Assembly (NCBI RefSeq): GCF_006345805.1
Contig: NC_043007.1
Span: forward strand, 16,740,001 to 16,804,000
Direction of reading: 5' to 3'
DNA: 64,000 bases
Source of the DNA: Octopus sinensis
Lineage: Eukaryota
The position numbers and the translations under genes were made by a program. Positions within the stretch are counted from its first letter, which is position 1. Every line of letters begins with the position of its first letter. The notes beneath the pieces are model-generated. The model was not told where the DNA came from, did not search any database, and saw nothing but the letters and a program-made list of their open reading frames with translations. Below are positions 25,520 to 39,059 of this stretch, in pieces.

Positions 25520-26049
25520 GATATTCTGAGTGATAAATGGCAAGAAAAACCTCTCTATGGCAAATACCCAAAGAGAGCGAATAATGCAGATGTTGACAAA
25601 GCCCTTACCCATCAATGGCTAATGGCTTCTGGCTTAAAATCTGAAACAGAAGGGTTTATCATAGCAGCTCAAGATCAATGCCTACCAACAAGAAACTACC
25701 AGGCCAACATATTAAAGAACGGCAGTAGCCCAACATGTCGTGTATGTCAACAACAAAATGAAACCATTGATCATGTTGTCTCCAAGTGCAGTCTTCTAGC
25801 GCCTACAGAGTATCTCAACAGGCATGATAGAGCTGCACAATATATCCACTGGGTAATTTGCAAAAACCTGGATTTGCCCCATGAAAAAAACTGGTGGGAA
25901 TACAAATCACCTCCAGTGCTTGAAAATGACCACATCTCACTCCTCTGGAACTTCACCATTCAAACTGACAGAAAGATAGATGCAAATAGGCCAGACATTA
26001 TTTTGAAAGACTTCAAAAATCATGCCTCCTCATTGATATGACTGTCCCA
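25520..26049 (+). mobile_element. R4/Dong-type LINE fragment (CCHC zinc knuckle and RLE endonuclease start)
   Basis: ORF 25622-26041: ETEGFIIAAQDQ, CRVC...ETIDHVVSKC, RHD, ANRPDII, then LIDMTVP after a frameshift. Confidence 0.9.
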
Positions 26050-27716
26050 GGTCTGTGATTTAATTTCTTTTCCCAGTTATAACTACTTCACTTCAGTTGC
26101 ATCATTTACATCTTTAAGACTTCAAAAGAAAAGCATGGAAAGCACCACACCACCATTCTCCCCAACCCAATTCTTTTCTTTCAAGTTTCATGATCAAAAA
26201 GAAACAAATATTTACTTAAGTATTTTGTCTGACCTTAACATGTCTGTTTCAGTAGAGTTTAGCGTCAAACATTTAGAGGTTACTTCCTGAATATTGGAGG
26301 CCAGCACCAGAATACTGCACCAGCTGCAATAACTTAATCCTTTTGTGATCATATTTCTACTGTAATAGACTAGCAATGTGTTCATGTGTCTTGAAATTAA
26401 TCCAGAATTTTTTAAAGGATTTAGTAAAGCAACAGATTATTATTATTTTTTTTTTCATTATTACGAACCACTTGGTTCCAGGTTCAGACCCTCTGCATGG
26501 CACCTTGGGCAAATGTTTTCTACTATAGCCTCGGGCTAACCAAAGCCTTGTGAGTAGATTTGGTAGACGGAAACTGAAAGAAGCCCGTCATATATATGTA
26601 TATGTATACTACACTCACGAAGTGGTTGGCGTTAGGAAGGGCATCCAGCTGTAGAAACACTGCCAGATCAGACTGGGCCTGGTGCAGCCTTCTGGCTTCC
26701 CAGACCCCAGTTGGACTGTCCAACCCATGCTAGCGTGGAAAGCGGACGTTAAACGACGACGATGATGATGATGATGATGATATATGTATGTATGTGTGTC
26801 TGTGTGTGTTCCCACCAACATCGCTTGACAACCGATGCTGGTGTGTTTACGTCCCCGTAACTTAGCGGTTCGGTGAAAGAGACCAATAGAATAATTACTA
26901 GGCTTACAAAGAATAAGACCTAGGTTCGATATGTTCGACTAAAGGCTGTGCTCCAGCATGGCCACAGTCAAATAACTGAAACAAGTAAAAGAGTAGAGAG
27001 TTAAGAAAACAAGATATTTTTTTTTTTTGCCCACTTGGCACACACATCCATACAATCTTCCCTGCTGATTAAGGGTTTAATCAAAGATAAATTACCATCT
27101 TGAGTATGACGATCCAAATTTGAGATTTAAACTGAAGAGGAGCTATTTATAGAATACAGATCTAAATAGGTGATTTTAACCATAGATAAACTAAAATCTT
27201 AGGAATGCCGATCCAGATTGTGATTTAAACTGAAGATGAAGAACATCTGGTTCAAACTGATGGTTGTTCTTGAAACCAAATTACTCATTACAGCCATAGG
27301 AATGTCAGTATTTTGAGCGAGTATTGTTAATGTTGATTATTGCCTTTATTTATATATATGTATATATATGTATATGTGTGTGTATGTATATGTTGTATAT
27401 CTGTGTTTGTTCCCCCAACATCGCTTGACAACCGATGCTGGTGTGTTTATGTCCCTGTAACTTAGCAAAAGAGACCGATAGAATAAGTACTAGGCTTACA
27501 ATGAATAAGTCCTGGGGGTCAATTTGCTCGACTAAAGGTAGTGCTCCTTTAGTGGACCCATGAATATTTCATGGAATTAATGGTAAACTTATTAGGTTGT
27601 CTCTGAAAAATTTCATCCAAAAACCTGAAGGCATAGCCTGTGTTGTGTCTGTATCAAAAAATAGTCACTTATTAGTTATTCATGGAAAAGTGAAGGAAAT
27701 TGGAATATTTTATATA

Positions 27717-28239
27717 CCGTAATTCCTCGATTATAGTCCGCCCTTGAGTATGATACGCAGGGGATTTTTAGGGGGCTGTACCTCTGAAAAACTTAAACCT
27801 TGTGTATAATATGCACTCCTTCTCTAACTTGAGTCATGCGTAATTAAGCCAGCAGCACCTAGTCGAAACAAACACTTCCGTGTACGCATAATACAATAAC
27901 GGTGATGTTCTTAACTGTTATATGGGAATGTAAATATGTTTGCAAATTGTTTTTGTTACATGTTATTCTGTGTTCTGAATATTTTTATTTTAATAAATGT
28001 TGCTTACTGCAAGTTATGGATGATTCTTTTATGACTTCATTGCTTTCAGGCTTAGCTTAAGGTATTTTCGTGCCCGACATCACAAAATGCGTCTGAATAA
28101 ACATTGCCGGACAGCAAATAGAGACTCGGACATTGCTTAGAAAATATTTTTCATTTTTAACCTCGTATATAGTACGCACTAGGGATTTTGACCTTTAAAT
28201 TTTGGGGATAAAATGCGGATTATACTCGAGGATTTACAG
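27717..28239. mobile_element. pogo/Tigger-like MITE
   Basis: TA|CCGTAATTCCTCGATTATAGTCCGC ... GCGGATTATACTCGAGGATTTACAG|TA: imperfect TIRs with TA TSD. Confidence 0.7.
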
Positions 28240-30481
28240 TATACACTTTATATACTTTATGCACAATTTTATAAACTTAATACACAGCACTCTCCCTCTT
28301 TCTCCCTCACTCTTCGCCATATCCTCTTTTTCTCTTTCCTTTTTCTTTTGTTCTTCACCTTCCCCTTCAACTAACCACATGAAAGTGTTGCAGACAAGCT
28401 AATAATGGTGATAAAGTAGTGAAATGAATATAATTGACTATTCCCTGCTAAAATTTTTAAATAGTGTACCAGACAGCCACATGGAAGCTCCCTCGTACTC
28501 TTCATAATCAGTAGAGCACCAGTCAAGCATGCAGAGACTCTGCTACACATTTTATAATCAACAGAAACTCAGATAACTATATAGATACTTATTTCTTTAT
28601 TGCCCACAAGGGGCTAAACATAGAGAGGACAAATAAGGACAGACAAACGGATTAAGTTGATTACATCGACCCCAGTGCGTAACTGGTACTTAATTTATCG
28701 ATCCCAAAAGGATGAAAGGCAAAGTCGACCTCAGCGGAATTTGAACTCGGAACGTAACGGCAGACGAAATGCCGCTAAGCATTTTATCCGGCGTGCTAAC
28801 GATTCTTATTTCTTTATTGCCCACAAGTGGCTAAACACAGAGGGGACAAACGAGGACAGACAAAGGGATTAAGTCGATTACATCAACCTCAGTGCATAAC
28901 TGGTACTTAATTTATCGACCCTGAAAGGATGAAAGACAAAGTCGACCTCGGTGGAATTTGAACTCAGAATGTAACGGCAGACAAAATGCCACTAAGCATT
29001 TTGTCCGGTGTGCTAACGTTTCTGCCAGCTTACCGCCTTTATATAGATACTGCATTGCATTTTATCATAATCAGTAGAGTACCAGGTAACCATACTGAGG
29101 CTCCTTCATATTTTACAGTTTTTGTCATTTTTTACTGCTTAAACAGGGAGGGGAGTGTGGCATCTATGATTCCATTTTTCGCTTTCCTTTTTCAGGGCCT
29201 TATCTAAAAAAGAAGGAGAAAATTTATCGTTTGACTAGAGACCTGGTCTAATTATTTGCAACAGAGTAAACTCCACTAAAGGCACCAAAAGACCAACCAG
29301 GTGTTGCTTTTAAATCAGATGATGGCAGGTGATGGATTAAATCTAAAACCCAAGATCTCAGAACACAAAGAACTGAGCATGAATACCACAAGGCACCACA
29401 TTTAATGCTTTGTTAATTCATCATCATCACCCTCATCCTCATCCTCCTCATCGTCGTCGTCATCATCCTCATCATCATCATCATCATCAACGATAACAAC
29501 AGCAACAACCCCTGAACATTACTGTCTCGAATATTAGAATTCACAAAGTCGGTTAATCAGTTCCCATGGCAAACAAGTGACAGAGATCACAATGTCCCCT
29601 CTTAAGCGGATGCCAGTCTGTTGCAGATTCACTCATTTACTGCTGAGTGGAATGGGGCAATGTGAAATGAAGTTGTTTTGTTCAAGAACACAATGAACTG
29701 CTTGGCCCAGGAATTGAAACCACAACTGCAAGATTGTAAGGGCAACACCTAACTACTAGACTACATATCTTCACTTTGGTAGTTCCACCAATCTAAAGCC
29801 ACTGAGTACCAAGTAAGGCTATTTTATTATATACTCTTTTACTCTTTTACTTGTTTCAGTCATTTGACTGCGGCCATGCTGGAGCACCGCCTTTAGTTGA
29901 GCAAATCAACACCAGGACTTATTCTTTGTAAGCCCAGTACTTATTCTATCGGTCTCTTTTGCCAAACCACTAAGTGACGGGGACGTAAAAATACCAGCAT
30001 CGGTTGTCAAGTAATGCTAGGGGGACAAACACAGACACACAAACATATACGCACACATATATATATATATATATATACGACAGGCTTCTTTCAGTTTCCG
30101 TCTACCAAATCCACTCACAAGGCTTTGGTCGGCCCGAGGCTATAGCAGAAGACACTTGCCAAAATGATGCTATGCAGTGGGACTGAACCCGGAACCATGT
30201 GGTTGGTAAGCAAGCTACTTACCACACAGCCACTCCTGCGCCTATGTTTTTTTTTTTCAAGGAAAAGACGTATTTTCCTTTTAAGACTAATAAAAATTTG
30301 CTGTGATTTCTAGCAGATTGATTTACTACCAAGAGATGCCATCAACAACTCAGAGACTTATTTCATATAGCAGTTCATACTTCACAGCTTGACTAGGTGG
30401 ACTTGGTTGTTTGAAAATTAAATTTTTTAGCTAGACATAACCAGGAAGAAAACACCCAGGTTTTTTTGTACTTCCATTTAA

Positions 30482-30925
30482 CCCTTTCGTTACCAACCCA
30501 TCTAAAACCAGCTTTGGCTCAGAAGACAAATGTCTTGCTTTCATAAGTTTTGAGTTAAAACATTCCACCAAACCTTAGTCACAATTTATGTTCTTAACAC
30601 TAGCTTAACCCTTTCGTTACTGTATTTATTTTGAGATGTTCTGTGTTTTTTTCAACTACTTTAAATCTAACAAAGAATTTAGTAAAGTAACTTAGTTACC
30701 ATTAAGCTAGTGTTAGGAACATAAATTGTGACTAAGGTTTGGTGGAAGATTTTAATTCAAAACTTATGAAAACAAGACATTTGTACTCAGAGTCAGGGCC
30801 AGTTTCAGTCAGGTTGGTAACGAAAGGGTTAATGATAACTAAGCCATTTTACTAAATTCTTTGGTATATTTAAAGTAATTGAAAGAAACACAGAACATCT
30901 CAAAATAAATACAGTAATGAAAGGG
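30482..30925. mobile_element. piggyBac-type MITE P1 with an inverted P1 copy (30609-30828) nested at its internal TTAA
   Basis: Both units have TTAA|CCCTTTCGTTAC...AAAGGG|TTAA ends, and the outer element resumes exactly after the duplicated TTAA. Confidence 0.85.
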
Positions 30926-31334
30926 TTAAATAAGATATGCGTGTCTATAATAACTGAATGACCACGGCTGTATATTCTGTAAATTTGCCTAATGGTTTTC
31001 TTTTTTACAACATATGCAGAGTTATTTATACCTGCTGGAAAGGTTACCTGAACTGGTTCATGCCATGTCTGATACCTAGCTCTGATTCACGTAAAGTGCT
31101 TCGTAAATTTACATAAACTAATGCCTGAACCATGGACACAATGAAAAAATATCCACCATATGGCTTTGCATTCTTTGTTGTACAAGGTTAAGTTTATACA
31201 AGTGCATGTGTGTGTGTGTGTATGTGTGTGTGTGTGTGTGTGTGCATGTGTGCGTGTAGGCACACACACACACACAATATAAAATGCTGACTTATGACCT
31301 GGATATACTTAAATACCTAGCCAGACATGTTTAA

Positions 31335-31935
31335 GGCGGTGAGCTGGCAGAAACGTTAGCACGCCGGGCGATATGCTTAGCGGTATTTCGTCTGCCACTA
31401 CGTTCTGAGTTCAAATTCCGCCGAGGTCGACTTTGCCTTTCATCCTTTCGGGGTCGATTAAATAAGTACCAGTTATGCACTGGGGTTGATATAGTCGACT
31501 TAATCCGTTTGTCTGTCCTTGTTTGTCCCCTCTGTGTTTAGCCCCTTGTGGGTAGTAAAGAAATAAGTATTTCGTCTGCCACTACGTTCTGAGTTCAAAT
31601 TCTGCTGAGGTCGACTTTGCCTTTCATCTTTTCAGGGTTGATAAATTAAGTACCAGTTACGCACTGGGGTCGATGTAATCGACTTAATCCGTTTGTCTGT
31701 CCTTGTTTGTTCTCTCTATGTTTAGTCCCTTGTGGGTAGTAAAGAAATAGGTATTTCATCTGTCTTTACATTCTGAGTTCAAATTCTGCCGAGGTCAACT
31801 TTGCCTTTCATCGTTTTGGGCTCTATTAAATAAGTACCAGTTACGCACTAGGGTTGATATAATCGACTTAATCCATTTGTCTGTCTTTGTTTGTTCTCTC
31901 TATGTTTAGCCCCTTGAGGGCAATAAAGAAATAAG
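31335..31935 (+). mobile_element. SINE family B (Meta-domain-like), trimeric copy
   Basis: Head GGCGGTGAGCTGGCAGAAACGTTAG, B-box-like GAGTTCAAATTCC, GAGGTCGACTTTGCCTTTCATCCTTTCGGGGTCGATAAA..AAGTACC; a ~180-bp body repeated three times. Other copies (approx.): 4164-4378, 5478-5765, 6310-6550, 28590-29038, 39620-40063, 57615-58033, 59755-60212, 61980-62180. Confidence 0.8.
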
Positions 31936-32242
31936 ACATGTTTACACCTTGTTTACATTCTAATATACTGCTCCAAATTGCCTTAAGGGAAGGCTATAAT
32001 TGCTCTCTCACCTCCACAATTATTTCCCAGATGACCCTCTATTCAGCCTTTCATCCATTTGGTAGTTGTGTCTTTCTTTTCCCTACTTTTTTTTACACTT
32101 TCCCCCCATATCACCCCACCCCTTTCTCTCCAGAATTCTGTTCTAGATTTCCAAATTGACCTTTCCTCCTAATATACAAAACAACTCTTCAATTCTCAAC
32201 AATCCACTCTTAATAATGACCATATTTTCCCTTATATAAAAA

Positions 32243-32320
32243 ACTAGCAGATATACCCGGCGTTGCTTGGGATTTAAATGGCATAGTTTTTATATATGGT
32301 ACAGTTAAGTTGAAACATGT
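32243..32320 (-). mobile_element. Helitron 3' end fragment
   Basis: Reverse complement reads CCCAAGCAACGCCGGGTATATCTGCTAG|T, like the 3' end of the 39060-39348 element. Confidence 0.5.
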
Positions 32321-32619
32321 GATACAGGGAAGTGCAGCATTAACGACAAAACATTTGTGGAGTAAATGAAGGGCTAATTCGACTGACATGTCATGCATCT
32401 GTTTGGAAGATTCCAGATCCTAACATTATGGTTGCTTGTATTTTTTATCTTTTTTCTTTTTTTCTTTTATTTTACCTATTAGAGTAACTTCCCTTTTATT
32501 CATCAGTTTTTCAGTTGTATGGACTAAAGGTCGGAGGTGGGGCAGGATAAACTACCTACATCAACTTACTATAAAAGCAGGTAGTAATTTTACTTTAGCC
32601 TTATTCTTAGTGCAAGTTT

Positions 32620-32940
32620 TGAAGAGTGCAGTTTGATTTTAACAGTTATTTTTTCAAAGCTATTATAGATGTGACAAAGGAGCATATTCAGCATATTTTG
32701 CTTTATGAGTTCAATAAAGGCATCAACGGAATGGAAAGTGTGAGGAATATTAATGCAGTATATGGGGATCGGACAATAAGCATAAGCCAGTGTCAACAGT
32801 AGTTCCAGAAATTCTGAGCTGGAAACTACAGCCTTGAAGATGAACCTCATCCTGGAAGGTCTGTAGTGCTCAATGAGGACGTCCTGCAAACCCTGGTGGA
32901 ACAAAATCTCATCATAACTGTCGAGGAGCTAGCAGAGAAG
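32620..32940 (+). mobile_element. Mariner transposase N-terminal (HTH) fragment
   Basis: VTKEHIQHILLYEFNKG...RNINAVYGDRTISISQCQQ*FQKF*AGNYSLEDEPHPGRSVVLNEDVLQTLVEQNLIITVEELAEK. Confidence 0.8.
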
Positions 32941-34905
32941 ACAATACTGAAATATACCATAGCTACAGAAATAACAATTTAAAGGCCGTTGCCAGCACCG
33001 CCCCGACGGGCCTCTGTGCCGGTGGCATGTAAAAAGCACCATCCAATCGTGGCCGTTGCCAGCCTCGCCTGGCCCCCGTGCCAGTGGCACATAAAAAACA
33101 CCATCCGACCATGGCCGTTCGCCAGCCCCGTCTAGCACCTGTGCCGGTGGCACGTAAAAAGCACCCACTACACTCACGGAGTGGTTGGCGTTAGGAAGGG
33201 TATCACGCCGTAGAAACATTGCCAGATCAGACTGGGCCTGGTGCAGCCTTCTGGCTTCACAGACCCCAGTTCAACCGTCCAACCCATGCTAGCATGGAAA
33301 GCGGACGCTAAATGATGATAATGATGGTGATGTGAAAAATATGGATGATTTTCATTCTAATAAATGATCTTTTATATATAAATTAGAAATACAGGGACAG
33401 GAGATGGATTCCAAGCATGGAAAACTAAAAATACAATCATTGTTCAATGTGAACCTGCAAGCTACAAGTACAATAAGTTGGGCCACCGTAGTTCAAACAG
33501 GGCATGCCATATAAAGCTGCTGCCTAAACTACCACATATGCTTTTACCATATTCATAGTTGAATGCTCTTTGCTTTTTTCCTAAGAGCTACACTGATCAC
33601 ACACACACACACACACACAGTGCCAGTTTGCCCAAGCTGTGACATAAAAGTACTTGATATTCTTTGGCATTTAACTATCCTTTGATTATTCTTTCACATG
33701 AATGCTTCATAGAAATATATAAACCAATCTCTTGTTTTGATCACAATATTAAAGGTATATATTAACAATTCTCAATTGTTTATGGAACATAAAACAGAGT
33801 CTCTTTCTGTACAAACATTAAAATATAGGGATGATATTTACAATGAGTGAAAAACATTAACCCCTTTTTTACCATATTTCTGTTGAGATACATTACCTCC
33901 GTTGCAATTACTTTTGAAAATAAAGAAGAATTTAATGAAATAACGTTGTCAAGGAGACCTATTGAGTCAAGTACACCAACATCAAAAAATCCAATGGAAA
34001 TTGTAGTTGTGATACCTGTGCCAGTGGCACGTAAAATGCACCATCCGAATGTGGCCGATGCCAGCGCCGCCTTGACTGGCTTGCGTGCTGGTGGCATGTA
34101 AAAAGCACCAGCCAATCATGGCCATTGCCAGGCTCACATGGCACCTGCACTGGTGGCACATAAAAAGCACCCACTACACTCACGAAGTGGTTGGCATTAG
34201 GAAGGGCATCCAGCTGTAGAAACACTGCCAGATCAGACTGGAGCCTGGTGCAGCCTCCTGGCTTCCCAGACCCCGGTCGAACCATCCAACCCATGCTAGC
34301 ATGGAAAACGGACGTTAAACGATGATGATGATTATTATTATTATTATTATTATTATTATCAAAATGATGTTTGACACATAAATTTGCATGAGATTTTAAT
34401 GAAAGATTTTAATTTAGGTTCTTTAAAGAGGAAGTTAGTGTTATAGAACCAAGTTTAGTCTCAGGTGGGTTATACAATTTGTATTTGTGTCAGTAAAGCT
34501 TAATTTTTTTACTTGCAGATATCAAATATCTGAAATTTATCCTTGAAGTTTTTACAGTTATCTATTATGGTATACGTGGCTTTTACATTCATCCTTATGG
34601 TTATTAAACGACTGTGATCGTAACCAGCATCACTTTACTTGCACTTGTGCTGGTGGCATGTGAAAAAAACATTTCAGCGAGGTAGTTACCAGTGCCACTG
34701 GACTAGCTCCTGTGCAGGTGGCATGTAAAAAAACACCATATTGCCAGTACCGCCTTACTGGCCCTCGTGCCGGTGGCACGTAAAAGCACTCACGTTAGGA
34801 AGGGCATCAAGCTGTAGAAACTCTGCCAGATCAGATTGGAGCCTGGTGCAGCTATCTGGTTCACCAGTCCTCAGTCAAATTGTCCAACCCATGCTAGTAT
34901 TAAAC

Positions 34906-34988
<83 letters not shown>

Positions 34989-36024
34989 ATGTGGCATTGA
35001 AGTTACATAAGTCTAGTTATCCTTGATAATGCTGCGAGTTGGATGTTACATTAATAATAGCTGAAGAATTGTATCTTCCGTTTGTGACCAAAATATCTAT
35101 ATCACACCTGCTAGTTATATACAGGTACTATAGTGAAGTACATTGTTCCAACATAAGTAGCAAAAGCATTATACAATTTACAGACAAGTTTTTTTTAGTA
35201 ACAATGTTCTGGACTTAACAGATAAATTGAGAGATAAATTCAAAAGCTAGCCTGTGGTAAGAAGCTTACTCTTCAACCATATAGTTCAGGGTTCAGTCCC
35301 ACTGTGTGTACCTTGTGCAAGTGTCTTCTACTATAGCCTCAGAACGACCAAAGCTTTGTGAATGGATATGAGAGATGGAAACTGGAAGAAATTTGTATGT
35401 AGGTGTGTGTGTGTTTGCATGCATGTCTTTGTCCTCAACAACTGGTGTGTTTACATCCCCCGTAACGGTTTGGTAAAAGAGAATAAGTACCAGGCATTAT
35501 AAGATAAGTCCTGGTGTCAATTTCTTCAACTAAAGCCTTTCGAGGTGGTGCCCCAGCATGGCCACAATCAAATAACTGAAGCGTGTAAAAAATAAAAAAA
35601 ATAAAGGATAAACTACTCAATCACATATGTTTAATGTTACAGAGGGTTTTAACAATTCCCATTTGAAAAACTCTTTCATATCCTGTGTTGATAAAAATCT
35701 TTTCAAACACTGCCAGGCTTTGGTGAATTTTTCAAATTGGCAACCTTCATTTCAGCACCATTACAGTTAGTTATAAGAATTCTGACTAACACTATCTAAT
35801 GTCATCTTTATCTTTAAGTTCTCTAAGTAATGAGCTTTGTTTCCGGTTTATGAAACAAACAGATATGCTCTCCAGAAAAGTTAATCCCCAGCTTCCTAAT
35901 GGAAATTCCTTTTCCATCACCCTCATAATACACAAGTAAAAGCCATTGAGGGATCATGCAAGAAATAGCAGTCAAATCTTTCTCAGATCATACTTGGATA
36001 TATGCTACAATATAATTTTTAAAA

Positions 36025-36490
36025 AATGCACCCTTTTAAATCCTAGCCAGGCTCATGGGCCCAGTTTCCCAGTTTGTATGGCGTATGTGTTCCCCAGCTG
36101 GATGGGATGCCAGTCCATCGCAGCGTTACTCATTTTTGCCACCTGAGTGGAATGGAGCAATGTGAAATGAAGTGTTTTGCTCAAGAACACAACACATCGC
36201 CCGGTCCAGGAATCAAAACCACAATCTTACAATCATGATGCTCACAACCTAACCACTAAGCCACGTGCCTCCACAATAAATGCACCCTTTTAAAGCCTAG
36301 CCAGGCTCATGGGCTCAGTTTCCCGGTTTCAATGGCATATGTGTTCCTTGGCTGCACAGGACGTCAGTCCATCGCAGCGTTACTCATTTTAGCCAGCTGA
36401 GTGGACTGGAGCAACGTGAAATGAAGTGTTTTGCTCAAGAACACAACGCGTCACTCAGTCCAGGAATCGAAACCGCAATCTTACAATCAT
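36025..36490 (-). mobile_element. Tandem pair of tRNA-derived SINEs
   Basis: Reverse-complement head GGAGGCACGTGGCTTAGTGGTTAGG...GGTTTTGATTCC, body TTGTGTTCTTGAGCAAAACACTTCATTTCAC; two units. Confidence 0.7.
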
Positions 36491-36924
36491 ATGCTACAAT
36501 ATAATATAGTCATATGCCTGAGAATGAAAAAAAAAAAAAGAAAAGAAAAGCCGTGATGATGTGGGTATACACGTCTGGTGTAAAATGGTATTATACAAAT
36601 AAATAGTTAGTTGTGGTTATGCTACAATAAAGTACAAATCACCCTGTCAGAGACATTGGGGTGGTTCGCCAATACCACCTTCAACTGGATGGCCATTGGT
36701 CTACAGGAAACTCAACTGTCCTTTGACAGGTCTTGTTTTTAGTCCTGCTGGGCGTCCAGACACCTTCCTCAGTATAGTAGCAAGCTGCCCAGTGGCAAGG
36801 CCAGTTTATTTGCTGACCACTTGACCCTGGAACAGGTGGTATTGGTCAACATGGTACCAGTGGCTGGTCTCATCAGGAGCTGATGAGATCCCAGGCGTTG
36901 TATTTCATTGGATATACATAAATA

Positions 36925-37200
36925 TATATGTGTGTGAGTGTGCGAGTGTGTGTCACTGTATGTGTGTGAGTGTGTCTGTGTGTGTGTGTGTGTGTGGGTG
37001 TGTATCAGTGTGTGCTTGTGTGTGTGTGTGCATGTGTGTCTGTGAGTGTGTATGCATGTATGTGTGTGCATGCATGTGTGCATGTGTGTGTATGTGTGTG
37101 AGTGTGTCTGTGTGTGGGTATTATCTGTGTGTGTTTGTGTGTGTGTGTGTGTGTGCGCATGTATGTGTGTAAGTATGTGTGCATGTGTGTGTCTGTGTGT
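36925..37200. repeat. Degenerate (TG)n microsatellite
   Basis: Directly visible. Confidence 0.9.
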
Positions 37201-38723
37201 GGGGGTGTCTGCGTGTTTGTGCCTCCTTGCCATGACATCATGCAATGGTTGTAAACAAGACTTACTGGTCCACAAGCAGTGTCGCTTGTTTTCAGTCTAC
37301 TACAAAAACATGTCTGGCCATGGGGAAATATTACCTTGCTTGGAAAACAGGCAAGGGTTGGTGACAGGAAGGGCATCCAGCAGTAGAAAATCTACCTCTT
37401 TGAATTCTGTCAGACCCATACATGCATGAACGGGAAAGTGAACACTAAAATGATGATGATGATGACAATGGTAATACACATTTCACGTAAAAATAAACAA
37501 GACAACAAAAGCAATATTTGTGTGTGTGTGTGTGAGAGAGAGAGTAAATGGTTTTCTTTGTGCAGACAAGTATGTTAGGTCAACTCAAAACTGTTCACTT
37601 TTTTTTTTACAATTCACATCAAAGTGAAAGCAGTCAGTCATGATTACAGATTTTAAAAGAGAGATTCACAATAGCTGACAGCATATGTGTGTGTGTGTAG
37701 GAGGTGTATCAATAAAAATGTGTGTGTGTGTGTGGGGGGGGGGGTGTATCAATAAAAATGTGATTGTGTACATCTTAATGTGAACAAGGAGAAAAACGTG
37801 TATTCAATACTTGAGGTAGAGTTAGTGACATGCTACAGTAGGAACCATGCTGAGATTCAAACCACAGTTCTCAAATTTTCCTAATATATTTCCATAAAAG
37901 GTAAAACATTGCCATAAAAGGAATTAACACCAATGTGAATATGATTTGACCAATCAGCCCAGGTTTATTCGTAGCAGTGGAGATAAGTTCAGAGGAGTGT
38001 GCAAGTTTTCCTGCCAAATGGCTTCTAGAATCTTCTGGGCTAATGATGATGATGATGGTTAGTTTCAAAACGTCCTCCATTACACTGAGAACTTACTAAC
38101 AAAGAAAATGGGACCAGAAGTTGCCCTAAAATCCGACTACATTTAATTAGAAGCTGAAATCTCTAAACTCATTACTGCTTTTACTCTCTTTTACTCTTTT
38201 ACATGTTTCAGTCATTTGACCGCGGCCATGCTGGAGCACCGCATTTAGTCGAGCAAATCGACCCCGGAACTTATTCTTTGTAAGCCCAGTACTTATTCTA
38301 TCGGTCTCTTTTGCCGAACTGCTAAGTGACGGGGACGTAAACACACCAGCATCGGTTGTCAAGCAATGCTAGGGGTACAAACACAAACACACAAACACAT
38401 ACACACACATATATACATATATATATACATATATACGACAGGCTTCTTTCAGTTTCCGTCTACCAAATCCACTCACAAGGCATTGGTCGGCCCGGGGCTA
38501 TAGCAGAAGACACTTGCCCAAGATGCCACGCAGTGGGACTGAACCCGGAACCATGTGGTTGGTTAGCAAGCTACTTACCACACAGCCACCTTTTTAACTA
38601 TGTTTGAATGATAATGAAAAAGACAATTAAAAGACTTGAAGTGGAGATATTTGACTATTTGCACAAATTTTGATTACATGAGATTCAAAACAAAAGAGAT
38701 TTATTGGTTAATTATATAAGCTG

Positions 38724-39050
38724 TTGTTGTATTTAGGAAGGGTCATTTTGTCAGTTTAGCCAATAAAAACATATGCACTATATATTTGGTGTTACTTTGC
38801 ATCAGCGTTATTTATTTTTTACATTAATCTTAATCTTATTTCAGCCAGAGTTCTTTCGTCACACTTCTGGCCGAAATAAGATTAAGATTAATGTAAAAAG
38901 TAAATAACGCTGAAGCAAAGTAACACCAAATATATAGTGCGTGTGTTTTTATTGGCTAAATTGGCAAAATGACCATTCTGAAATACAACAATATCTGTTT
39001 CAACACACGATTTCACATCAAAAATCTTGCGAAACAAATATATAAACGTA
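38724..39050. mobile_element. Fold-back Penelope-like repeat with a truncated hammerhead at the inversion point
   Basis: About 125-bp arms (38724-38848 / 38866-38991). The centre on the minus strand reads AGAAGTGTGAC-GAAAGAACTC-TGGC (hammerhead 3' half). Confidence 0.55.
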
Positions 39051-39059
39051 TATAAGCTA

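Noticed and set aside
34519-34570. Good acceptor followed by IKYLKFILEVFTVIYYG
   Set aside because: Weak donor, no recognisable homology and no compatible neighbouring exon.
36860-36900. CTGATGA motifs on both strands (hammerhead candidate)
   Set aside because: No correctly placed stem II-GAAA-stem III on either strand.
37871-38080. Minus ORF with a C-terminal hydrophobic segment
   Set aside because: No K2P motif or splice signals; it begins in a microsatellite.
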